64,000 nt of DNA. Source: a virus. A model generated the notes under the pieces. It saw nothing but the letters and a program-made list of their open reading frames with translations. It was not told the DNA's origin and did no database searches. A program made the translations under genes and the position numbers. This document shows, in pieces, positions 57,693 through 64,000 of the stretch (position 1 is the first letter of the stretch; each line of letters opens with the position of its first letter). The DNA is taken from positions 40,427 through 104,426 of IMG/VR virus record IMGVR_UViG_3300042893_000684; one strand, written 5' to 3'.

Positions 57693-59206
57693 TGCCAAAA
57701 AACATAGTAGTTGTAGGTGGTGGAACTGCTGGATGGTTAACCGCTTTGTATGCAAAAAAACAATTACCAAATGACAACATTACTGTTATAGAGTCAGCAG
57801 AAATAGGCATACTAGGTGCAGGAGAAGGCTCTACTCCAATGCTTGTTCAATTCCTTGAAGATTTAGGAATATCAATATCAGATTTAGTAAAAGATTGTGA
57901 TGCAACAATAAAGAATGGAATTAAATTTACTAATTGGAACAATGATAATAATTTCTACTACCATGGGTTTTATAACGATTCAAAAATTGGCAATGCTTTT
58001 TATAGCCATTTAAATCCTAGTGCAGCAAAAGTAGCAAGCATTGCGATAAACAATGGTTTAAAAGAAGTAGACTTTCCAGAAAATGTTTCAGAAAAAAATA
58101 AAGTTCCTATTGTATTTAGAGCAAAAAAACATAAAAATAAACTTTTAGATTTTGAAAACTTATCAGGTATATCAGTTCACTTTAATGCCACAAAGCTAGC
58201 AAATAAACTAAAAGAAGTTGCGCTAAGTCGTGGAATTAAAATTGTAGAAGGCAAAATAAAAACAGTAGGCCTAAGTGACAAAAATTATGTAGAGTCTTTA
58301 GTTTTAGAAAACAATGAATCAGTTCAATGTGATTTTGTTTTTGATTGCAGTGGATTTCATAGGCTTATTATTGGCAAAACATTTAATTCAAAATGGAAAA
58401 GCTATAAAGAATTTTTACCAGTGGACGCTGCTATACCATTTTTTACTAATATGACAGATGAAATTCCACCATATACAGAAGCAATCGCAATGAAGTATGG
58501 ATGGATGTGGAAGATCCCATTGCAGAATAGGTTCGGGTGTGGCTACGTATACGATTCATCTTTAATTTCAGAGCAAGAAGCAGTAGCAGAAATAGAAAGT
58601 ATGTTAGGTTATGCTCCAACGTATCCTAGAAAAGATAAGGGTGGATTTAAGTTTGATGCTGGTTGCTACGAAGAAACCTGGGTAAATAACTGTGTCGCAA
58701 TCGGATTAGCAGGAAACTTTATAGAGCCTTTAGAGGCAACTTCTATTTTTGTAAGCATGGTTCAGATAGGGACATTTTTTAATAACGCAGATCACATTAT
58801 TGGCAGCTCAGATGATTTAAGAGAAAAGTTCAATAAAAATATACTTAATCTTAATACAATTATTTCTAATTTTATATATTTTCATTATATGACATTAAGA
58901 AAAGATACTGAATTCTGGCAAAAATTTTCTTATGAAAATGCGCCAGAAAAGATAAAAGAAAAGATTAACACCTGGAAAGATAGACTTCCTAATGATCTTG
59001 ACAATCAAGATGTGTGGCAATCCGTAAGCTGGCTTGCCGTGGGGTCTGGGCTAAACTTAATAAATAAATCTATAGCGGCCACTTATATTGACAATTTAGC
59101 TGAATATAAAGATTCTATTGAATTGTATAATCAATTTCTTTTTTTACGGGACAATATGATTGAACTGTGCATAGATCATAAAGAGTTTTTGGAGTATGTG
59201 AAATGA
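57692..59206 (+). CDS. Flavin-dependent tryptophan-halogenase family protein
   Basis: GGGTAGW, G.GE.S.P, K.GI.F, DCSGF, WMWKIP, FIEPLEAT. Confidence 0.85.
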   Translation: MPKNIVVVGGGTAGWLTALYAKKQLPNDNITVIESAEIGILGAGEGSTPMLVQFLEDLGISISDLVKDCDATIKNGIKFTNWNNDNNFYYHGFYNDSKIGNAFYSHLNPSAAKVASIAINNGLKEVDFPENVSEKNKVPIVFRAKKHKNKLLDFENLSGISVHFNATKLANKLKEVALSRGIKIVEGKIKTVGLSDKNYVESLVLENNESVQCDFVFDCSGFHRLIIGKTFNSKWKSYKEFLPVDAAIPFFTNMTDEIPPYTEAIAMKYGWMWKIPLQNRFGCGYVYDSSLISEQEAVAEIESMLGYAPTYPRKDKGGFKFDAGCYEETWVNNCVAIGLAGNFIEPLEATSIFVSMVQIGTFFNNADHIIGSSDDLREKFNKNILNLNTIISNFIYFHYMTLRKDTEFWQKFSYENAPEKIKEKINTWKDRLPNDLDNQDVWQSVSWLAVGSGLNLINKSIAATYIDNLAEYKDSIELYNQFLFLRDNMIELCIDHKEFLEYVK

Positions 59207-59487
59207 AATTTAGAACACAATGGATAACTACGCTCCGTGGTATGGGACATAAGTCTTACTGGAATAAACCTAATACTGTTGAGTTCTTTGCATTTATGAC
59301 TAAGGTAGCAATTATTATTCCAGGGCTTTTATTTAACACACAGATTTGGTGGCTTTACATAATTGCTTTAATAACCAGTTTATCTTTAATTTGGTCATCA
59401 ACAGTTAAAACATTGCCAACAATTATCTGGTTTAATATAATATGGTCTATTCTTGCAGCAACTGCTATAATTAAATATTGGGTATAA
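59203..59487 (+). CDS. Small membrane protein
   Basis: About 3 TM segments. Confidence 0.55.
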   Translation: MKFRTQWITTLRGMGHKSYWNKPNTVEFFAFMTKVAIIIPGLLFNTQIWWLYIIALITSLSLIWSSTVKTLPTIIWFNIIWSILAATAIIKYWV

Positions 59488-59527
59488 AAGCATTGACGAT
59501 ACCGCTCAAATATAGTATACTAAATAT

Positions 59528-59638
59528 ATGAGAGAGCCCAAGATTATGAAAATGGACTGGCGTCCACTCGGCTACTGGCCTGTCTATAAAGATGGAAAGC
59601 TTACATGGGAAAAGGATCCAGATGAAGATGTTAATTGA
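59528..59638 (+). CDS. 36-aa leaderless ORF
   Basis: TTGACG-17-TATACT then ATG after 6 nt. Confidence 0.5.
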   Translation: MREPKIMKMDWRPLGYWPVYKDGKLTWEKDPDEDVN

Positions 59639-59909
59639 ATTTGTAGAAAGATACCTTATGCGTCCTAAACGCCTTAGAGAGGCGATTGAAGCGGTTGTGC
59701 ATGAGAATGATGAATTGCTACGCATGCTTAAGCAATACGAAGAGAATGATACTCCAACTAATCTAACATGGTCTGAAGGCGATATGTGGTATGGCTGGAC
59801 ATATAATAGTAACGCCAAGCGTTATTACTTTGACGACATTGGCAATGAATCATTGATGGGCCTATGGGAAGATCAATGGGCTAGAGAAAAAGAGGCCGAA
59901 GCTAAATGA
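59622..59909 (+). CDS. Hypothetical protein
   Basis: SD AAGGA before ATG 59622. Confidence 0.5.
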   Translation: MKMLIEFVERYLMRPKRLREAIEAVVHENDELLRMLKQYEENDTPTNLTWSEGDMWYGWTYNSNAKRYYFDDIGNESLMGLWEDQWAREKEAEAK

Positions 59910-60136
59910 TGTGGTCATATGTATTAGCAGCAATCGGAGTCACAGGTATATTCTTTGTAGGTCGTAAAACTATCTGGGGATGGTTTGTTCTTTTATTTAA
60001 TGAGGTATTATGGATAGCATATGCCTTAATTACTAATCAGTATGGATTTATTCTCTCAGCAATAGCCTATGCCATAGTTTATATTAAATCTTACTTACTA
60101 TGGAGACGAGAAGCAGAAAAAGGTGTATGGATATGA
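59906..60136 (+). CDS. Small PnuC-like 3-TM membrane protein
   Basis: G.F..G.K..WGW...N..LW...Y. Confidence 0.45.
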   Translation: MMWSYVLAAIGVTGIFFVGRKTIWGWFVLLFNEVLWIAYALITNQYGFILSAIAYAIVYIKSYLLWRREAEKGVWI

Positions 60137-60556
60137 AGAACTTAATTAAATCTATTATATGTCGATTTAAAGATCACGTATTGGTTGCTGCTGGATCGTG
60201 CCCATTTACGGGCAGGACATATCAACACTGTACAAGATGTATGGCTATGATACCTGTAGAGATCCTTGCATGACCAGTTGTCCTATATGCTACTGCATGG
60301 TGGAAGAAAAGTTTATGTCAATGCATGTGCTGTGGCACGAAGAGCCTGATGAAGAAGAGACACCTGCTCAATACGTTCCAATAAGCCAGTCTAAATATGA
60401 CCTATGACTGTAACAGTTAGCGCCTATTGTGTTTTGTGTCAAAAAAATGTGGTCGGTAAGCTAAACGAGATAGTAGCCCTGGATTCAGGCAAAATGCTTT
60501 ATATAGGGGAATGCCCTGATTGTTTATGTCAGATCAAAAGGATTATAAAAAAATAA
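60133..60556 (+). CDS. Three coupled Cys-rich micro-ORFs (60133-60273, 60270-60407, 60404-60556)
   Basis: ATGA overlaps; CxxC pairs in each. Confidence 0.5.
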
Positions 60557-60557
60557 A

Positions 60558-60992
60558 ATGGAAAAATATTCTGAGATTTTATCAAAAGAGGGAACATCAT
60601 GCGTAGAACTATGGAAGTCTTTTGATACACCTCCAGAAGAGCTAAGTGTAATGAAAGATAGAATGTCTACTTATACCAGAGAAGACTGGGAAGAGATGAA
60701 GATAGAATCTTTGGACATAATATATGATTTCTTAGAGGCTTTTAGGTCAAGGTTGCCACATGATAGCCAAGAGGTCTTAAAAATAGCAGAAAGGCAAAGG
60801 CTATTAACAGATAGATGGTTTATAGCCAATCCACCTCAAAGAGAGCTATGGATTGCTAAGGGTGTATTGCTGGTGGATACTGCAAGAAAATCGGCAGGAA
60901 ACGCTGGATTTTATGATAAGTTTGAAGATGGACTAGGCCTATATGTATACAACGCTTCAGTGTGTAATGCAAAGAATAAGATAAAAGAATAA
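60558..60992 (+). CDS. TipAS-like antibiotic-recognition domain protein
   Basis: EDW...F..A....P.DS.E...A......WF...FYDK..DGL..Y...A. Confidence 0.5.
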   Translation: MEKYSEILSKEGTSCVELWKSFDTPPEELSVMKDRMSTYTREDWEEMKIESLDIIYDFLEAFRSRLPHDSQEVLKIAERQRLLTDRWFIANPPQRELWIAKGVLLVDTARKSAGNAGFYDKFEDGLGLYVYNASVCNAKNKIKE

Positions 60993-61008
60993 GTGGTATA
61001 CTAAGGTT

Positions 61009-61299
61009 ATGGAATTAAATAAGATTGTAGACGAGATCAAGGACATGCTACAAGATAGCCTGTCAAAGTCAATTGACCCTAAGCCTGAAGACCTTACAGA
61101 TGAAGAGATCTCAAAGGGTTACGAGTCGGACAATGAACAAGAAGACAACTGGGATAACATCCAGAAAGCATGCTGGTCTGGTTACAAGCAGGTAGGCATG
61201 AAGGACAAGAATGGTAAGAGAGTTCCTAACTGTGTTCCTATCAAGAAGTCTATATTCGGCTCAGAAGGTCCTCAAGACTTAATACCTAAAAATAAGTAA
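61009..61299 (+). CDS. Acidic protein with CW.GY...G.K.K.G..VPNCVP motif (leaderless)
   Basis: TGGTATACT 6 nt before ATG. Confidence 0.6.
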   Translation: MELNKIVDEIKDMLQDSLSKSIDPKPEDLTDEEISKGYESDNEQEDNWDNIQKACWSGYKQVGMKDKNGKRVPNCVPIKKSIFGSEGPQDLIPKNK

Positions 61300-61385
61300 T
61301 ATAGCTCGCAATTAGTGAAGCGAAAAGTGCGGCGGAAAGTAGAAGCCCTATTGACGGTACCCGTCATATATACTATACTTAGGGT

Positions 61386-61595
61386 ATGATTCAAAGCTTA
61401 GAGATACCTGATCCATTTGCTACATTTGTGGCGCATAAGTATGCCAATTTCAAAGGTGCTAAATATGACTTCTTTAGCGGTGAATGGGATATGGAATGCG
61501 GGGCATGCAAAGAGCCATTGAGCGCTGGTAGTAAGAAGATGCTAACAAAGATCAGACTTTACCATACCAGGAATGAATGTCTGGGTGGATACTAA
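61386..61595 (+). CDS. Zn-binding hypothetical protein (leaderless)
   Basis: TTGACG-17-TATACT; CGAC...H....C. Confidence 0.55.
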   Translation: MIQSLEIPDPFATFVAHKYANFKGAKYDFFSGEWDMECGACKEPLSAGSKKMLTKIRLYHTRNECLGGY

Positions 61596-61831
61596 TGCAC
61601 AATCACGATTTTCAACTAGATTTAGATGGACAGGTAACATGCAGTATGTGTGGTACTATGGATAATGAAGTAAATATTTCAGGTTCGTATAACGGCAGTA
61701 CGCCAGGTTCCGAACCTGTAAATGAAGGTTCGAACCCTTCACCTGAAGCTACCGAAATAGGATATTCAACAGGCAAATGGTCAGATGATGATGACTTTGG
61801 CATAACTCCATTTCTAGGACCTAATAGATGA
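61595..61831 (+). CDS. Hypothetical ORF spanning a tRNA
   Basis: TAATG start, ATAG/ATG overlap at end; H.H...CSMC. Confidence 0.45.
   Translation: MHNHDFQLDLDGQVTCSMCGTMDNEVNISGSYNGSTPGSEPVNEGSNPSPEATEIGYSTGKWSDDDDFGITPFLGPNR
61678..61748 (+). tRNA. tRNA-like cloverleaf with CCG anticodon (nominal Arg)
   Basis: TTCAGGT/ACCTGAA acceptor stem, GTAT/GTAC D stem, CAGG/CCTG anticodon stem, GAAGG-TTCGAAC-CCTTC T arm. Confidence 0.75.
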
Positions 61832-61992
61832 TAGGCGAGATATTGGGCAGAGATCCCAAATGCTTTACAGGCGGGGACTGCTGGAATTATGACTATTCAG
61901 ATAGATGGTTGTTACTCTTCGGTATCACGATATCTATAGTAGTCATAGCCAGAATAGTACGCAATAAAAGGCGGGGAACCAATGGCATATAG
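61828..61992 (+). CDS. 54-aa single-TM protein (not in ORF track)
   Basis: Hydrophobic stretch plus basic tail; overlaps both neighbours. Confidence 0.45.
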   Translation: MIGEILGRDPKCFTGGDCWNYDYSDRWLLLFGITISIVVIARIVRNKRRGTNGI

Positions 61993-62230
61993 CAGATTCA
62001 CCAATAGCGATATATACATATACCCTAGCGTAGAAGGACATATCGAATGTGCTGGATGTTTTCTAAACATATCTCCAGATGAACATACTATATTTCAGTC
62101 AACTAAGATATATAATGATGAGACATTATTGATGCATATACTCCAACACAAGATCTCAGGTCATAATATGCCAGATAGCTTGGCTCAAGATATATTGGCT
62201 GATCCAGACAGATATGGATCCATATCCTAG
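61982..62230 (+). CDS. Hypothetical protein
   Basis: MAY.RF..SD.Y, C..C, H...H...GH. Confidence 0.55.
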   Translation: MAYSRFTNSDIYIYPSVEGHIECAGCFLNISPDEHTIFQSTKIYNDETLLMHILQHKISGHNMPDSLAQDILADPDRYGSIS

Positions 62231-62439
62231 TATCCCCCCGCCCATTATATGCTCTCATATAGCCTCCTAGACCCCTTATAAATGGAGTAAAGTGGAGCAT
62301 AGTGGAGAATAAATACTATAGATACTATATCAATTACTATACTTATACTTAGTTAGATATACCTATGTAATTGAGCATACCATTATCATAACCGTAATGT
62401 CAATAGCGACAATTCGGACATATACTCACATGTGCATAT

Positions 62440-62700
62440 TTTCAGGGATTTGTCAATACCCTTCGTAAATGGCATATTTGGCCCACTTTGTCAATAGATT
62501 TTCATAGAAAAATTTTGACAAATTCTGGCCTATTCTGCACATATTCTATTAGATTTAGTATACATTCTATATCGATCTATATATATTATATTAGATTTGT
62601 TATAACTTTTCAGGGATTTTTATAAGCTCGTCGTAAATAGAAAAATTTGCCCACATTTCAGGGATTCTAGATCATGTGTCGTAAATAGAAAATTTGGCCC
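62440..62700. repeat. Three 45-bp repeats TTTCAGGGATT-N12-TCGTAAA-N11-GCCC (fourth at 63423-63467)
   Basis: Copies at 62440-62484, 62608-62652, 62656-62700. Confidence 0.85.
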
Positions 62701-62714
62701 TCATGCCCACACAC

Positions 62715-62750
62715 AAAAAATCCACAGGATGTGGATAACCCTGTGGATAA
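62715..62750 (-). terminator. Terminator for leftward genes containing DnaA-box sequences
   Basis: TCCACAGG/CCTGTGGA stem plus T6 on minus strand; TGTGGATAA at 62730 and 62742. Confidence 0.65.
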
Positions 62751-62766
62751 TTTGGCCTAGATTAGT

Positions 62767-63147
62767 TTATACTTGGTCAAATGGATTCTTATCTTCATCT
62801 GTATAACCAAAGACTCTTGGTTCTACTTTGACCTCCCGCTTTATATTATATGTGGTAGGTTTAGGTAATTTTAGATTAGATATAACATTGACTTCCTGAT
62901 ATGCTTTGATACATTCATTTAGTTCATTGGCAAGAAGCAGACCTTCTGACGAAGTTCCTCTTACTTTTAGCAGTTCATATACTTTGTCTAGTTCGCTAAT
63001 GACAGATACCAACATCTCAACAATTCTATCAACTGTATATACTGGCTGGTCTGCCAAATATCTACCGAAAATAGTAGGGTTGAACCAATGGTCATCTGTT
63101 AGATTAACTAGTGCTTCTGCTACTTTGATTTCTTGTGTCTTACTCAT
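62767..63147 (-). CDS. Hypothetical protein
   Basis: SD GAAAGG; minus-strand TTGACC-17-TATAAT promoter. Confidence 0.65.
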   Translation of the reverse strand: MSKTQEIKVAEALVNLTDDHWFNPTIFGRYLADQPVYTVDRIVEMLVSVISELDKVYELLKVRGTSSEGLLLANELNECIKAYQEVNVISNLKLPKPTTYNIKREVKVEPRVFGYTDEDKNPFDQV

Positions 63148-63228
63148 AGTCCGCCTTTCTAACCTATCATTATATCAAAAATAAGAAACGGGGTCAAGGA
63201 CCAACGAAGCCCTAACCCCGTCCCTGGT

Positions 63229-63381
63229 TTACTTAGCCTTGTTTGTAGCTGGCTGCGGATCTGAAAATGTAATGCCCTTGTTGATAGCTTCCTGGATAGC
63301 TACCTTAGCAGCTCCTGAGAAGCGACCACGTACACCTACTGTGATGCCTTGTGTCTTTAGATATTCTCGCTTTGTTGTCAT
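63229..63381 (-). CDS. 50-aa Lsr2 DNA-binding-domain-like peptide (not in ORF track)
   Basis: MTTKREYLKTQGITVGVRGRFSGAAKVAI...; SD AGAAAGGA; promoter TTTACA-17-TATAAT. Confidence 0.65.
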   Translation of the reverse strand: MTTKREYLKTQGITVGVRGRFSGAAKVAIQEAINKGITFSDPQPATNKAK

Positions 63382-63467
63382 GATGATCCTTTCTAGATCG
63401 GTTTGCTTTAATTATATCAACTATTCACGGCTTTGTAAATAGCTTTCGTAAACTGAAAAACTTGCCC

Positions 63468-63605
63468 TTAGTTAGAAACTTGTTCTAACCTATCTCTAAT
63501 TAGATTAGATACAATGTTATGTGCTTCGTCTACCTCATGTAGAGATCCAGACCATAACAAAGCTTGGGCCTTACTTAACTGATCATTGATGTATTGATCA
63601 CTCAT
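63468..63605 (-). CDS. 45-aa hypothetical protein (not in ORF track)
   Basis: MSDQYINDQLSKAQALLW...; overlaps stop of upstream gene. Confidence 0.5.
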   Translation of the reverse strand: MSDQYINDQLSKAQALLWSGSLHEVDEAHNIVSNLIRDRLEQVSN

Positions 63606-63912
63606 CTTCATCTTCGTCTTCTTCCCTGTCGTCATTGAGGTCAATCATATATTCTCGACTCAACATCCATTGCATTACATCTTCGTAATGCTGTTCGGCA
63701 CCATACTCTAATGTAAAGCCCATACCAGCCTCCACAGCCTCACAGAGGTGTGCCCACATCTCGTCCTCAGTTGCCACCACTTCCCAGTCTGTGTCGCTTC
63801 TAAAGTTGTTAATGGTGGACCAGGTCCACAACCAAACCAGGGATAATCCAAGGTCGGTGGTATCTAGAATCTTTAAACATTCGTTGAGTTTATCTTTATC
63901 GGCTGGCTTCAT
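63598..63912 (-). CDS. Hypothetical acidic protein
   Basis: SD AAGGGAG. Confidence 0.65.
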   Translation of the reverse strand: MKPADKDKLNECLKILDTTDLGLSLVWLWTWSTINNFRSDTDWEVVATEDEMWAHLCEAVEAGMGFTLEYGAEQHYEDVMQWMLSREYMIDLNDDREEDEDEDE

Positions 63913-64000
63913 ATGCTAACTCCCTTTCATTCCATTCCGCTAATGTCTTGACAGTAAAGTCTTTCCCTAAATTATAACAGTAGAGCACAGCATCCGTCAA

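Noticed and set aside
1604-59818. Numerous minus-strand and alternate-frame ORFs in the track (e.g. 1604-2383, 18785-19384, 32165-32587)
   Set aside because: Antisense shadows of well-supported plus-strand genes; no SD or recognisable motifs
61305-61345. Purine-rich GAAGCGAAAAGTGCGGCGGAAAGTAGAAG element
   Set aside because: Looks non-random, but only one copy found and no convincing structure
49700-61366. Palindromes over -35 boxes (TTGACAATCTGTCAA at 49700; TGACGGTACCCGTCA at 61352) as a shared operator
   Set aside because: Different spacing and only two clear cases; cannot be separated from chance
62440-62700. Repeats as a CRISPR mini-array
   Set aside because: Degenerate, irregularly spaced (123 and 3 bp gaps), with variable parts internal to the unit; no cas operon
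1-64000. Alternative genetic code, integrase, reverse transcriptase/DGR
   Set aside because: Standard code gives dense intact genes using all three stop codons; no integrase or RT motifs in this window

Overview
This window is 64 kb of a large, AT-rich, long-tailed (siphovirus-like) dsDNA phage genome. The host is most likely an actinobacterium, and the gene set fits freshwater actinophages. The evidence is a WhiB gene, an Lsr2-like peptide, DnaE-type replication and many leaderless genes. Layout: head genes (portal, protease/scaffold, capsid; 1-3.5 kb); neck and tail genes with a -1 frameshifted chaperone and a 2768-aa tape measure protein (3.5-25.5 kb); replication and recombination genes (25.6-38.7 kb); terminase (38.8-41.1 kb); an accessory region (41-62 kb) with 5 tRNAs, Hsp20, a lysis/envelope module, WhiB, proteases, secreted proteins, micro-ORFs and a sulfation/halogenation/hydroxylation cluster; a non-coding repeat and DnaA-box region (62.2-62.8 kb); and the end of a leftward-transcribed arm. 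The best candidate for an undescribed system is the tape measure protein. It reads as a polyprotein in which three cargo domains, one a HipA/PI3K-like kinase, are bracketed by repeated x-x-x-GG motifs, which suggests effector delivery at infection. Other strong signals are a ROSE-like RNA thermometer on hsp20, a promoter-driven pseudoknot RNA, a tRNA nested in frame inside an ORF, four 45-bp fixed-spacing repeats beside DnaA boxes, and a truncated Lsr2-like peptide. All functional calls come from reading motifs by eye; no database searches were run.
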